Positions 1 through 15,177 are shown, counted from the first letter of the stretch. The stretch is DNA of 64,000 bases from an uncultured delta proteobacterium (GCA_963803435.1 CAWDML010000003.1:736001-800000), one strand, 5' to 3'. A program made the numbers and translations. The notes: generated by a model not told the origin, from the sequence alone.

Positions 1-1505
<1,505 letters not shown>

Positions 1506-1517
1506 GCGCGGACCGTA

Positions 1518-2429
1518 TCAGATCTTCTCGAGCTCTCGCACCACGACTTCCGCGCTCAGCGGGCGCACCTCCCGCCTCTTCTCGAGCAGCATCATGGTCA
1601 GGCGCGCGAGCGGCCCGTCGAACGCCAGCGGTGGCGGCAGCAGGGTCAGGTGCGCCGCGAACAGATCCTGCACGCCGCCCGAGAACGGCGGCCGGCCCGC
1701 GAGCATCTCGTAGAGCACGACCCCCAGCGAGTAGAGGTCGGAGCTCGGCGTCGCGGGATCACCGCACGCAACCTCGGGCGCCAGGTAGTCCGGCGTCCCC
1801 ACGACCGTTCCGAAGTTGGTCAACTTCACTTGCGCGAGCGCGTCCGCCGACGTGCTGATCGCGACCAGACCGAAGTCGAACAGCTTGGCCTGCTCCGCCC
1901 CGCCGGTCTCCACCAGCATGATGTTGCCGGGCGTGATGTCCCGGTGGACGAATCCCATCGCGTGGGCCGCCGAGAGCCCGCGCGCCACGTCGATCGCGAT
2001 CTTGGCGGCGCGCCGGGGCTCGAGCGGTCCCGCCGCCACCGCGCGGCTGAGCGGCTCACCCACCAGCAGCTCCATGACCAGATAGGTCAGCCCTCGCTCA
2101 TTCCGATCGAAGTCGAACACTGCTGCAACGTTAGGATGGCGGATCATGCTCATCGCGAGCGCTTCGCGACGGAAGCGCTCGGCGATCACCGGCGTGGAGG
2201 CCATCTCGCCGAGCATCAGCTTGAGCGCGGCGACCCGATCCTGGCGCTCATCATGGACGCGATACAGGACGGCCACGCCGCCCTCTGCGAGGCGCTCGAG
2301 GATCCGGTAGTGGGCGACGGTCTGCCCGATCATGGGATCGATCTCGGTCTCGATCAGGGTGGTGCCGTCGAGGCCGCAGCGCGGTGCGGTCGTCCGATAC
2401 GTCAGCCCGCACAGGGGACAGCAGCGCAC
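1518..2429 (-). CDS. Hanks-type Ser/Thr protein kinase with N-terminal Cys (Zn-ribbon-like) motif
   Basis: CPLC..C N-terminus; ALK, HPNV, HRDITPGN, DFG, GTPDYLAPE, SDLYSLG subdomains. Confidence 0.93.
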   Translation of the reverse strand: MRCCPLCGLTYRTTAPRCGLDGTTLIETEIDPMIGQTVAHYRILERLAEGGVAVLYRVHDERQDRVAALKLMLGEMASTPVIAERFRREALAMSMIRHPNVAAVFDFDRNERGLTYLVMELLVGEPLSRAVAAGPLEPRRAAKIAIDVARGLSAAHAMGFVHRDITPGNIMLVETGGAEQAKLFDFGLVAISTSADALAQVKLTNFGTVVGTPDYLAPEVACGDPATPSSDLYSLGVVLYEMLAGRPPFSGGVQDLFAAHLTLLPPPLAFDGPLARLTMMLLEKRREVRPLSAEVVVRELEKI

Positions 2430-2474
2430 GGCGCCGAAGCTAGGGTCCCGGCGGCGAATAAGCCAGCCGCGGCT

Positions 2475-3900
2475 TCAGGTCTTGGGCGGGCTGAGCGCGC
2501 CCGGCCCCGAACCCTCGACGCTGAGGGCGCCGCGCTCCGGCTCAGCCTCCACCAGGCTGAGGCCGCCGGTCCCGAAGGGGCCGATCCGGGCCCGGATCGC
2601 CTGGATGGCCTGGTGGGCCGCGATCCGGAGGCGGCGATCCCGGGGCGACTTCGTGGCCGGGAGGAGCTTCGAGACGGCGCGCCGGCTGCCCATGCTACCG
2701 AGCGCCTCGGCGGCGGCGAGCTGGACGTCGATCGCCTGTCCCTCGAGCAGGCCGAGCAGGGCCTCCTCGCTCTCGGGAACCCCGAGGCTCCCCAGGGCTT
2801 GCGCCACCGCCGCGCCGATTCTCGGGATCCGTGATGTTTCGGGCCACCTCGCTGAGCCAGGGGGCGGCCGGCCGGTAGCGGAGCTCGCCCAAGTGCCGGA
2901 CGGCGATGCGGACCAGGTGCCGGTCGCCGTCCTCGAGGACCTGGTGGAGGACCGGCACCGTGCGCTCAGGCTTGAAGCGCCGGATCAGGTGGCGAAGGGC
3001 GCGCTCGGTGAGTCCGTCGGAGGCCTCGGGATCGCGGATGACGCTCTCGATGATTCCGAAGCTCCCGGACTTGAGGTGCCGCGCTGCGGCGAAGCGAACC
3101 TCGGGGGCGGGATCGCGGAGCGCCAGGGCCAGCGTGGTCTGGCGATGCTCGGGGACCTGGGCCAGCATCACGTCGGCGGCGCGGCTCCGCACCGCCACGT
3201 CCGGATCCAGCTCGAGGTTCTCGAGGAGCAGGCGGGCCTCGTCCAGCGTGCCTGCGTGGGTGCCGTCCACCAGCCGGCGGCTCGCATGCACCAGCGCTCC
3301 GATCAGGACGTCGACCGCCCCGTCGCGCACCGCGAACGGAGAGTCGAACATCAGGAAGCCGTCGCCCAGCGCCAGCTGATCGCCGCGGCGGGTGGTGGAG
3401 CGCAGCCGGCCGTCGAGGAGGGCAGCGATCGTCCGCTCCGGCCCGAAGCTGGCCTCTTCGCCTCCGAACTGCACGTGAAGGTTGAGCTCTCGCGGGAGGT
3501 GCTCGCGAAGGTCGAGCACGATCGCGCACCCGATCACCTCGTGTGCGTTCACCTGATCCTGACGGCTCCACGGGAAGCCGGTGATCGTCCCGCCGGGATC
3601 GACGGTGCGCGGCTGGGTCCGCATCAACACGCGCAGGCCGTCGATCACGCCCTCGTGATCGCGCGTGCCGAGCGTCGGGCGCGTGAACGCGGTGGTGTCG
3701 AAGATCTTCTTCACGTCGTGGGAGTCGGTGGGTGTGAGCCGGCCGGTGCTGGCGCGGAGCAGGCGACGGCCCGCCCGCTGCGCCAGGAGCCGCCGCGTGA
3801 GCCAGAAGATCGGAGCGGCCAACAGATTACCCGTGTAATAGGTGAGGGCGATCGGGACCGCGAGCAGACAGAGGAAACAGACGAGCGCGAAGAACCACAT
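2475..3900 (-). CDS. Membrane-anchored HEAT-repeat protein, split by one +1 frameshift near 2819
   Basis: N-terminal TM (MWFFALVCFL...); HEAT motifs DPDVAVRSRAA, DPAPEVRFAAA, VQLAAAEALG continue across ORFs 2695-3978 and 2475-2807; removing one A in minus-strand GAGAATC joins them. Confidence 0.75.
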
Positions 3901-3940
3901 CCCTACGACACATCGATGGTGCGCTCGGGTTCCGCGAACC

Positions 3941-5620
3941 TCAATGCCTGCGCAGTGTGCCGGCGTACACGGGCCCAAGCTCCGCGGGGTCCTGCAACGG
4001 CCGCGAGCAGGCTCCTGCCACGCACAAGTACGCGGCCGGGGCCGGCTTCCGCGGATACTTCGTGTCGGGCTGACCCGGGTCCAGCCACAGCACTCGGCGG
4101 TAGAGCGCGGGGAGCGCCCGCGCCGCCGAGAAGAGGCGTCGCGCGAGCGGGTCCGCGCGGGTACCGACCACGGTCAGCTCGGCCGGCGACGAGGCGAGCT
4201 CTCGATCCGCAAGCACCACGCCGATCAAGAACCGCCGCTCGGCGATCACCGAGGGTGAGCTCAGATAGCGCATCGCGTGCTCGGCGATCGCACGGTGCGA
4301 GGCCTCTCCGGTGTAGCGATGGATCCGGTTCGCGGTGCGGGCCACCGTCAGGTTCTCGTCGAGCTGGCGGTAGGGCTCCGCCAGCGCGCCTCGAGCGCGG
4401 TCGTCGATCGTCGAGGTCTGATACCCGCCGCTCTCGACGCGGTAGATCCGGTCGATCGCGGCGAGCGTCTCCTCGGCCAGCACCCGCCAGCGCAGCTCGG
4501 CCGTGACCTCGTACAAGGACAGGAGCGCCTCCACCATCGCGACGTCGTCACCGAGCGTGGGGCGCGTGTCGCCGGTGCCATGAGCGAAGGTGCCGTCCGG
4601 ACGCCGCCGGTTCTTCAGCACCCACTCCGCGGCGCGCCGTGCCTCCGCGATCGCACGCTCGTCCTCGAACGCGCTCCCGTACGCACAGAGCGCGGCGATC
4701 GCCCAGCCGTTCTCCCGGGAGAAGCGGTGCTCGTCGATCCGGCGCGAGTCCGCGTCCTGGCTGGTGTAGAAGGCGCCCTCGGGGGAGCGCAGGCGCTCGA
4801 TCAGGAAGCGGTGGAGGCCGTCGGCGGCGGTCCGATATCTCGGCTCGGCGAAGATCCGCGACGCCAGGCTGTACAGGCGCAGGTTGCTCGCCTGGTACTC
4901 CATGATCTTCTCGTAGTGCGGCGAGCCCCATGGATCGTCGGGCTTCGAGGCATCGGAGTACTGGCAGATGCCGCCGGTCTTTCGATCGATCAGGCGCAGG
5001 TTGGCGTCGAGCGTCTGTCGCGCCATCCCGGTGAGCTTCGCGTCGCCGGCCAGCGCGCCCTCGAGCGCATACTCCATGCTCTCTGTATGGAGGTAGTGGT
5101 GGACGTCGCCCCAGCCCCCGTGCGCGTCGTCGTACACGGCGAGGTAGCGGTCGAGGAGGTCCTGGCGTTGCGGCTCGCTGAGCGCGTGCGTGTCGACGGC
5201 CTGGAACGGCTCGTCCGCGAACACCGACGGGCCCGGCGTCGGATCGTCCGCGACCGCCGCCAGCATCGCGGCCATGCGCTTCGGCACCAGATAGCCGCGG
5301 AGCTTCACCAGCTCGGCGCCGTCCGGAGCGAAGACGATCGTGGCGGGCCAGCCGTAGTCCTCGTACCGCTGGGCCAGCTCCGGGAACCGGTCGGCGTCTG
5401 CGCGCACGGCGAGGAAGCGATCGCCGATGATCTTCACCACCTTCGGATCTCGATACGTGACGGCGTCCATCACGTGGCACCAGTGGCACCAGCCCGCCCC
5501 GAGATCGAGGAGCACCAGCCGGTGCTCGGCCCGGGCGCGCTGGAACACCTCGGGCGACCAGGGTTGCCAGGCGATGTCGGCCGGCACGGCGGCGGAGGCG
5601 AGGAGCAGCACGGGCAGCAT
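3941..5620 (-). CDS. YyaL/SSP411-like thioredoxin-domain (DUF255) protein with signal peptide
   Basis: WCHWCHVMD motif, GWPATIVFAPDG, PHYEKIM, GAFYTSQDADS, AYLCVAGACSRP. Confidence 0.88.
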   Translation of the reverse strand: MLPVLLLASAAVPADIAWQPWSPEVFQRARAEHRLVLLDLGAGWCHWCHVMDAVTYRDPKVVKIIGDRFLAVRADADRFPELAQRYEDYGWPATIVFAPDGAELVKLRGYLVPKRMAAMLAAVADDPTPGPSVFADEPFQAVDTHALSEPQRQDLLDRYLAVYDDAHGGWGDVHHYLHTESMEYALEGALAGDAKLTGMARQTLDANLRLIDRKTGGICQYSDASKPDDPWGSPHYEKIMEYQASNLRLYSLASRIFAEPRYRTAADGLHRFLIERLRSPEGAFYTSQDADSRRIDEHRFSRENGWAIAALCAYGSAFEDERAIAEARRAAEWVLKNRRRPDGTFAHGTGDTRPTLGDDVAMVEALLSLYEVTAELRWRVLAEETLAAIDRIYRVESGGYQTSTIDDRARGALAEPYRQLDENLTVARTANRIHRYTGEASHRAIAEHAMRYLSSPSVIAERRFLIGVVLADRELASSPAELTVVGTRADPLARRLFSAARALPALYRRVLWLDPGQPDTKYPRKPAPAAYLCVAGACSRPLQDPAELGPVYAGTLRRH

Positions 5621-5662
5621 TCGTAGGGAGTACGCCGGTGGACCCCTTTCGGGATCTTTCGC

Positions 5663-6898
5663 CTAAAACGACTCGTTTCGCCACCAGGCCAGGCGATCTC
5701 GGGAGCCGAACTCGAACGTCGAGGTCACCAGATCGACCTTGCCGTCGCCGTCCATGTCCGCCGCCGACAGACCGCTGAGGCCTGCGTAACCGCCGCGCAC
5801 GTCCCGCTCTTCGTAGCCGACGCCGGCGCGGCGATACACCCGGAGGTCGCCGAGCGAGTCGCTGACGGCGATGTCGAGCGCGCCGTCGCCGTCGAAGTCG
5901 GCCAGGGCGAGCCGCGGTCGATCGGTGTTGGCCGCGCCGAAGCCGGAGGCCACCGGGGTCCGCGTCCACGGGTCGGAGGCCCGCGCAGGGGCCTCGTAGA
6001 TCGCGATGGTGATGCTGCTGGTCAGCGACGCCTCGGCCGCGACCAGCTCGGGTACGCCGTCGCCGTCGACGTCCGCGAACGCGAGGGACTTGGTCTGTGT
6101 CAGGTTCGCGACCGTGTACTTCACGAAGCGGGGGTCCTGTCCCTGCGTCCCGCTGTTGCGGTACCACGCCAGCTCCTGCGCGCCGGCGGCGAGGACGTCG
6201 AGGCGTCCGTCGGCATCGGCGTCGGCGATGAGCACGTCGGCGACGTCGGTGGCGGCCGTGTCGATCGCGAGCGGGCCGGTGAACGTGCCGTCGCCGGCGC
6301 TCTTGTACCAGGTCACTCTGTTGCCGTGGATCCGGCCGGCCGCGTCGCTCGCGTTGTTCTGGCCCACGACCAGGTCGGCGATGCCGTCGCCGTCGAGATC
6401 GCCCGCGGTCACGCTGGTGCCGCCCCAGACCAGATCGTCGGAGGAGGACGAGGTGTCCGCGAGATCGGGCCGCGAGATCGGGCGCGTGGTCCACTCCCCG
6501 CGCGGATCGCCGGGGTTCTCGTACCAGACCAGCTCGCCCGCGGAGATGTTGAAGAAGCGGCGCTGGGTGAGCGCGACCGCCACGACGTCGAGATCGGCGT
6601 CGCCGTCCACGTCGAGGGTGATGGTGTCGGCCGCGACGATCGAACCGGCGCCCGAGATCGAGATGGGCTCGAAGACGCCCTCGCCCTGGTTGAGGTAGAC
6701 GTGAACGGCGTCGGTCAGGCTGAAGGCGGCGACGATGTCCGTCCGTCCGTCGCCGTCGAGGTCGACCGTCTCCAGCTGCTGGCCGTGATGGATCGACTTG
6801 TCGATGATCGTCTCGCGGAAGCCGCCGGTGACCGGGATCTCCGGCGTGCAGGCGGCCAGCGCGAAAAGGAGGAGCGGGCTCCGCCGGGGCGGGCTCAT
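5663..6898 (-). CDS. FG-GAP/VCBS repeat lipoprotein
   Basis: Lipobox LAAC; about seven DxDGDG.DLV repeats. Confidence 0.88.
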   Translation of the reverse strand: MSPPRRSPLLLFALAACTPEIPVTGGFRETIIDKSIHHGQQLETVDLDGDGRTDIVAAFSLTDAVHVYLNQGEGVFEPISISGAGSIVAADTITLDVDGDADLDVVAVALTQRRFFNISAGELVWYENPGDPRGEWTTRPISRPDLADTSSSSDDLVWGGTSVTAGDLDGDGIADLVVGQNNASDAAGRIHGNRVTWYKSAGDGTFTGPLAIDTAATDVADVLIADADADGRLDVLAAGAQELAWYRNSGTQGQDPRFVKYTVANLTQTKSLAFADVDGDGVPELVAAEASLTSSITIAIYEAPARASDPWTRTPVASGFGAANTDRPRLALADFDGDGALDIAVSDSLGDLRVYRRAGVGYEERDVRGGYAGLSGLSAADMDGDGKVDLVTSTFEFGSRDRLAWWRNESF

Positions 6899-6911
6899 GC
6901 CGCGGAGCCTA

Positions 6912-7910
<999 letters not shown>

Positions 7911-7950
7911 GGCTATGGCCCGGGAGCCTGTGGGCAACTAACGCGCGGTG

Positions 7951-8898
7951 TCAAGGTTCCCGACTTTTATGTATGGAAATTTGAGCCGTTCCTACGGAAA
8001 CGTCGGGACTTTCGCTTGAACGGCCCGCGCCTGCTGCGCGTCGCGTCGCCAGTGCAACGGTCGCCAGCACCAGCCCGCCGCCCGCCAGCGTGCGCGCCGA
8101 CGGGATCTCGCCGAGCAGGATCGCCGCGGCCGCCACGCCCACCACCGGCTCGAGGGTCCCGATGAGGCTGGCGACGCGAGCCGGGACGTCGCGCAGGCCG
8201 TGGATGAACAGCGCGTGCGCGACGCCCGTGAACACGATCCCGAGGAGGGCGACGAGCGCGAGCGCGCGACCATCGAGGGCGAGCTGGGGACGGAGCGGGA
8301 GGAGCAACAGGCAGGCGACCGCGTTCTGCCAGAGGCCGAGCGTCAGGGCGTCGATCGCGACCTCGCGGGCGACGAAGCGCCGGTTGAGCACCGTGACGAC
8401 GGCGTACAGCGCACCCGAGAGGACGCCGACCAGCGCACCCTCGGCGCCGGCGGTCCGAAGGTCGAAGGAGGGCACCACCAGCGCCACCCCGGCGAATGCG
8501 AGCACCGCGAAGACGAGCGCGTCGAAGCGGAAGCGCTCCCCTGGAAGGAGCGGCTCGAGCAGGGCCACGATCACCGGGAAGGTCGAGAAGCTCAGGAGCC
8601 CGATCGCGACGGTGGAGATCTGGATCGCGTGGAAGAACGTGACCCAATGGGCGGCCAGGAACGCGCCCATGCCGATCAGGATCAGCGCGGTCTTACGATC
8701 GACCTTGCCGGCCGTCGCGCGCCGGGTGCGGGCGGTCGCGGCGGCTCCGATCCCGAGCGTGATCGAGGCGAACAGGCTCCGCCACCAGACGATCGCGACC
8801 GGCGACAGCGCCAGCCACTTTCCGAACAACCCGGCCAGGCCGAACAGAAGTACGGCGCCGTAGACCGTGACGAGGCCCCGCCGCCGGCCGGGCGTCAC
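7951..8898 (-). CDS. EamA/DMT family transporter
   Basis: About 10 hydrophobic helices, two EamA repeats (LEPVVG..AAILLGE); GTG start overlaps the SDR stop (GTGA). Confidence 0.88.
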   Translation of the reverse strand: MTPGRRRGLVTVYGAVLLFGLAGLFGKWLALSPVAIVWWRSLFASITLGIGAAATARTRRATAGKVDRKTALILIGMGAFLAAHWVTFFHAIQISTVAIGLLSFSTFPVIVALLEPLLPGERFRFDALVFAVLAFAGVALVVPSFDLRTAGAEGALVGVLSGALYAVVTVLNRRFVAREVAIDALTLGLWQNAVACLLLLPLRPQLALDGRALALVALLGIVFTGVAHALFIHGLRDVPARVASLIGTLEPVVGVAAAAILLGEIPSARTLAGGGLVLATVALATRRAAGAGRSSESPDVSVGTAQISIHKSREP

Positions 8899-9718
8899 GC
8901 TGGCTGCTCGTGCTGGCGCCGGCGGAACAGGGGTCCGACCGGAGTGAAGAGGAGGCGGAGCAGCCAGCGGGGCGTGTACATGCCGCTCTTCACCAGCAGG
9001 GACATCAGGAACCCGGGGACGATCATCGCGCGTCCGCGGCCGAAGCCGGACAGCGCGATCCGCGCGCATCGCTCGGCGCTCAAGGTGATGAACGAAGGGA
9101 TCGGGCGTCCCACGGGATTGCCGGAGACCTCGACGAACTCGGTGTCCACCGGACCCGGGCACACCTGCGTGACCACGACGCCCAGGCTCCTGGCCTCGAG
9201 CCGGATCGACTCGGTGAAGCCGGTGACGAAGTGCTTGGTGCCGACGTACGCGGCGAAGCCGGGCATGAAGGTGAGGCCCCAGCCCGAGCTCATGTTGAGG
9301 ATGCCGCCCTTCCTTTGCTTCAACATGCCGGGGAGGAAGCGGTGCGTGAGGAGCGCGACGGCCTCCACGTTCACGCGGATCATGCGGAGCATCTTGTCCC
9401 AGTCCGTCAGATCGTAGAGCCCGACGTCGCCGAAGCCGGCGTTGTTGATCAGGACATCGATCGATCCGTGGGCGTCGAGGACCTGGCGGCAGAGCGCGTC
9501 GGTTTCGTCGAGCTCGGCGAGGTCGGTCGTGAAGAGCTCGACCGCGAGCGACGGATGGGCGGCCCGGAGCTCGGCTTCCAGCGCCTCGAGCCGATCGCGG
9601 CGCCGCGCCACCAGGATCAAGGTCTTGGCGCGGGACCCCAGCTGGCGCGCCATCTCGCGGCCGATGCCGCTCGATGCGCCGGTGAGGAGGATAACGCCGC
9701 CGTCGATGGGGGTCGCAC
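8895..9718 (-). CDS. Short-chain dehydrogenase/reductase (SDR); start apparently frameshifted in a C5 run at 9708-9712
   Basis: TGASSGIG lies upstream of the ORF-track start; NNAG, YVGTK (YxxxK), CPGPVDT; adding one C gives GTG-RPPIDGG behind an AGGA RBS. Confidence 0.88.
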
Positions 9719-9761
9719 CCGTCCTGCATGCCGGGGGCGACGGGGGGATTGCAAGCTCGGT

Positions 9762-10889
9762 TCAACGATCGAGGCTGGCGAGCACCCGGCGCGCCTGGCC
9801 GGCGACCGGCGACTGCGGATAGTCCTCGACGATCAGCGTCGCCACCACGCGGGCGTCGTCCTTGACGCCGAAGCTCACGTACTGGGCGAGGGCGTTGTAG
9901 AGGGCCTTGTCGGCGTGCGGTGACTCCGGGAACTCGTCCTGGTAGCGGCGGAAGCGCTGGGCGGCCTCGAGCAGCAGACGCCTTCGCTCGGCGCCCCGCT
10001 GTCCCTGCGCGCGCTCGAGAACCTGCCAGGCGTTCTGGAACGCGACCTCGTGGAGCGTCTCCTCGACGACGTCGGCGAGACGGCGGTGGTGCTCCATGGC
10101 GCCGCGGTTCTGCCAGAGGAGTCGGCTGTAGCGCTCGAGCTCACCGAGCTGCTCCGAGGCGCTGAACATGTTGAGGATGACGTTCCCGCAGGTCAGCGCA
10201 AGATCGTTCCGAGGCCAGCGCTCGACGATCCGGAGGCAGCGATCGGCGGCGTCGGCGAAGTGCCGGTGACGGAAGTACGAGTGGGCCGAGATCAGCTGGA
10301 TCGTCGGGAGCGCCTGCTCCTGCGGCTCGGCGATGGCGACGTAGCGATCGGCGGCGTCGGCGAGCCGCTGCTCGACTTCTGACATCTCGACCTCGGCGTA
10401 GCGTCCCGGCGCGAGCGTATCGAACACGACGTCGTCCCACATGAACTCGAGCGCGGCGCGGTCGACGTCCTCGTCCTCGGAGAGCGCGCGGAACCAGCCG
10501 GCGGCCGCATCACCCTGATCGAGCACGCGGCGCCAGGCGAGAATGGAGTTGCGTGCGGCGGCGCGCGCGAAGTGATCGGAACCGGCAGCGACGGCCTCGA
10601 AGGCGAGCGCTGCCTCGTGCCATCGGCCCTGCGCGTAGAGCAGCTTGCCGTAGCGGTTCCTCGCCTCGCGGTCGTCGGGGTGGGCGGCGAGATGGGTCTC
10701 GTACGTCGCCGTCACGCGCTGATAGGTGTCCTCGCCCCGCCCTCGAAAGGCCTCGTCCCACGCCGACTCGACCGGGCTCTTCTCGCGGACTTCGTTCGCG
10801 GACGGTTCGTCAATCGCGCGGGCATCTGGTCGAGTCGAGGCGCATCCGGCCAGCATCGTCGCGAGGGCGAGAGCACGTGCGTTCTTCAA
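9762..10889 (-). CDS. TPR-repeat lipoprotein
   Basis: Lipobox LAGC; TPR/BamD-like segments YGKLLYAQGRWHEAA, FPESPHADKALYNA, YPQSPVA. Confidence 0.78.
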   Translation of the reverse strand: MKNARALALATMLAGCASTRPDARAIDEPSANEVREKSPVESAWDEAFRGRGEDTYQRVTATYETHLAAHPDDREARNRYGKLLYAQGRWHEAALAFEAVAAGSDHFARAAARNSILAWRRVLDQGDAAAGWFRALSEDEDVDRAALEFMWDDVVFDTLAPGRYAEVEMSEVEQRLADAADRYVAIAEPQEQALPTIQLISAHSYFRHRHFADAADRCLRIVERWPRNDLALTCGNVILNMFSASEQLGELERYSRLLWQNRGAMEHHRRLADVVEETLHEVAFQNAWQVLERAQGQRGAERRRLLLEAAQRFRRYQDEFPESPHADKALYNALAQYVSFGVKDDARVVATLIVEDYPQSPVAGQARRVLASLDR

Positions 10890-10989
10890 CGTCGAACACT
10901 GTAACGGAGGTGGAGGGAGCGACGGAATGTGAACGCAGGTTGGTCGCGGTCCCCACAGGAGGTGGCGACGCACCACGGACCAGAGCGTC

Positions 10990-12360
10990 TCAGTGGGGCT
11001 CGATCGCCGGTGGGATGTTCTGGTTGACGCAGAAGAAGTTGGTCGGGTCGTACTTCCGCTTGATGGCGGCGAGCCGCTCGTAGTTCGGACCATAGGTCGC
11101 GCGGATCCGATCCACCCCTTCGTCCTCCATCATGAAGTTCACGTAGCCGCCACTCGCCGAATACGGGTGTACGGCGTTCCAGTAGTCGATGGTCCAGCGT
11201 TTGAGATCGGCGGCCCGCGCCGGGTCGTGATCCACACCGACGATCACCTGCGACCAGTGCGCGTCGCGGTGCGCGAACGCCGTGGCGTCCTGCGGGATCC
11301 GGTGCACGGCGCCGTCGACGGGATAGAGGTGCGTCGTCGACTGCGGGGACGGAGAGGCGCGGGACCACCGGAGGTGGGCGTCGATCGCCTCATCGGGGAG
11401 CTCCCGGACGAAGTCGCCGCGCCAGTACCACTGGTCGCCCGGGGGATAGAGGCCGTCGAACATGGACTGGAGCGTCGGATAGGGCATCGGGCCCAGGTGG
11501 GTGAGCTCCGGCCTCCCCGCCCGCAGGGCCGCCTTCATTGCGTCGGGGGCCTCGTCCAGAGCCCCCGTGTAGCACCACACGATGCCGCCCATCTTCTGCC
11601 GCTGCAGGGCCTCTGGGAAGGGCGGCGCGGCCGGGACCGTCATCAGCGCGAAGAAGCCGTAGACGTCCTCGGGGGCCGAGGGAAGGTAGCTCCGATACCA
11701 CTGCATCACCTCGCGGCAGCGATCGAACGGATAGAGCGTGACCCCGGCATAGACGGTGTGCACCGGGTGCATGCGGAACTCGAACGAGGTGACGACCCCG
11801 AAATTTCCGCCGCCGCCGCGCAGCGCGAAGAAGAGGTCCTCGTTCTCGCGCGGGCTCGCCTTCACGAAGCTGCCGTCGGCGAGGACCACGTCTGCGGAGA
11901 GCAGGTTGTCGATGGTGAGGCCGTAGCGTCGGGTCAGGTAGCCGTGGCCGCCGCCGAGGGTCAGGCCGCCCACGCCGGTGGTCGAGATGATCCCGGAGGG
12001 CGTGGCGAACCCGAAGGCGTGGGTCGCGTGGTCCACATCGCCCCAGGTGCACCCGGTCTCCACCATCGCGGTCTGCGTCTCCGGGTCGACGCGGATCCCG
12101 CGCATGCCGGACAGATCGATCACCAGTCCGTCGTCGCAGACGCCCAGGCCCGCACCGTTGTGCCCGCCGCTCCGCACCGCAGTCTTCAGCTGGTTCCTCC
12201 GGCCGTAGGCGACGGCCTCGAGGACGTCGGCGACGTCCCGGCACCGAAGGATGGCGCTCGGGTGCTTGTCGATCATTGCGTTGTAGACCTTGCGGGTGCG
12301 CTCGTAGGCCTCGCTCGACCAATCGAGGAACTCTCCTCTCAGATGTAGGTTCGGGTCCAT
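10990..12360 (-). CDS. FAD-binding oxidoreductase, BBE-like/VAO family
   Basis: RSGGH (covalent-FAD His), GGLTLGGGHG, DLFFALRGGGGNFGVVT, C-terminal BBE YVNF..KYDPTNFF. Confidence 0.93.
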   Translation of the reverse strand: MDPNLHLRGEFLDWSSEAYERTRKVYNAMIDKHPSAILRCRDVADVLEAVAYGRRNQLKTAVRSGGHNGAGLGVCDDGLVIDLSGMRGIRVDPETQTAMVETGCTWGDVDHATHAFGFATPSGIISTTGVGGLTLGGGHGYLTRRYGLTIDNLLSADVVLADGSFVKASPRENEDLFFALRGGGGNFGVVTSFEFRMHPVHTVYAGVTLYPFDRCREVMQWYRSYLPSAPEDVYGFFALMTVPAAPPFPEALQRQKMGGIVWCYTGALDEAPDAMKAALRAGRPELTHLGPMPYPTLQSMFDGLYPPGDQWYWRGDFVRELPDEAIDAHLRWSRASPSPQSTTHLYPVDGAVHRIPQDATAFAHRDAHWSQVIVGVDHDPARAADLKRWTIDYWNAVHPYSASGGYVNFMMEDEGVDRIRATYGPNYERLAAIKRKYDPTNFFCVNQNIPPAIEPH

Positions 12361-12403
12361 GAGCGGAAGCTGGTTGCATACCGCGTTCCGGCCCGCAGAG
12401 GCG

Positions 12404-13743
<1,340 letters not shown>

Positions 13744-13747
<4 letters not shown>

Positions 13748-15039
13748 TCCGGAACCCCCTTCGGGAGCCGCAGCACGGCCCGGCAGCCGCCCTCTGGACC
13801 GTTCTGGATCACCAGGCTTCCGCCGTGCTGCTCGGCGATCGTGCGGGCGACCTGGAGGCCGATGCCGCTCCCGCCGGGCTTCGTGGTGGCGCCGCTGCCG
13901 TTGGCGAGTCGCTCCTGGATGGCGCCGTCGATCCCGGGTCCCGAGTCGGCGACCCCGAGCTCGATCGCGTCGTCGTCGGCGGCCGCCACCCATTCGATCC
14001 GGCCGCCGTCGGGGGTGGCGTCGATCGCGTTCTGGAGCAGGTTGATCAGCGCCTGCTGTAGCTTGCGGCGGTCGCCCGAGACGGCGCCGGGATCGCGCGG
14101 CGGCATGACCACGGCGATCCGACGGCCCTCGGTGAGCCCGTCGTGCAGCAGCGTCAGCTCGCGCATCATCTCGAGGACGCCGAGAGTCTCCAGGGTCAGG
14201 TCGCCCAGCGGGCGCGAGAAGTTGAGGAACTCGTCGAGGGTGTCGCGCATCCGAGCGACCTCGCGCTCGAGGACCTCGAGCCGCTGGGCGCTGTTCTTGT
14301 CGCCGCGCTTGAGGAGCTGCACCAGGCCCTGCACCGAGGAGAGTGGATTCTTCAGCTCGTGGGCGATCGCGGAGGAGAGATGCATCAGCTCGCGGTTCCG
14401 GTCGGCCAGCGTCGCGAGTGCGCTGGCGCGGGCGCCGATCGCGGTGTCGAGCATCCGGTTGACGATGTTGTGGATCATGGCGCCGGCGCGGAACATGGCG
14501 ATGATGACGATGTTGAACACCACCACCGTCGCGATGACGTAGAGCTTTCGATTGACGTGTCCTGGGCCCAGGTCGAGGAGATCGGGGACGGTCTTCGGGA
14601 TCAGGCCGGCGAACCCGAGCAACGCCACGCTCCAGATCAGGAGCGAGATGTAGACGATCAAGAGTATGGCGGGGCGCGACAGGCCGAGCCCGATCCCCGA
14701 GCCGATCGCGACCAGGAAGTAGACGAACAGGAGCGGGCTCTCGGCGCCTCCGGTCAGACAGATCACGAGCGTCTGGATCGAGACGATGATCGCCAGGTCG
14801 TACGGGACGCTCTCGGGGCGATAGTGCCCGATCCGGCGGTAGTCGAAGTAGGCCACCGCGCTCAGCGGGATGATGAGGACCGAGAGCAGCGCCATGCGGG
14901 ACGAGAAGCCCTCGACGGCGATCAGCCCCAGGAGGAGCAGGCAGACGGCGAAGACGACGAAGACGCGGATCTGCGTCAGCCTGCCCACGATCAGGGTGAG
15001 CTCCCGCGTGCGGATCGCGTCGCGGTCGAGTGCGGTCAT
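13744..15039 (-). CDS. Membrane sensor histidine kinase
   Basis: Several TM helices, AHELKNPL H-box, NLLQNA, DSGPG, GSGIGL. Confidence 0.92.
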
Positions 15040-15098
15040 CGCGGGGGTGCCTTCCAAGTTCTGTTCCTCTCCAGCGGTCACGGCCTCGACGCGGCTCC

Positions 15099-15146
15099 TG
15101 TCGGAATCTCTACACCGTTTTCCCCCGACGTGTCGGAGGTCCGACC
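15099..15146. promoter_or_regulatory. Tandem enhancer (UAS) sites for a sigma-54 activator
   Basis: TGTCGGAATCTCTACA (15099-15114) and TGTCGGAGGTCCGACC (15131-15146): related imperfect palindromes 32 bp apart. Confidence 0.6.
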
Positions 15147-15177
15147 CGCCGGCCACCGCGTCGTTCGGCGTGGCGGC

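Noticed and set aside
1518-2429. HRDITP instead of HRDLKP as a sign of a pseudokinase
   Set aside because: The catalytic Lys, Asp, Asn and DFG are intact, and Ser/Thr at this position is common in myxobacterial kinases.
12375-12390. Possible minus-strand sigma-54 box CGGAACGCGGTATGCA before the FAD oxidase
   Set aside because: Spacing is correct but there are several mismatches and no visible enhancer sites; too weak to call.
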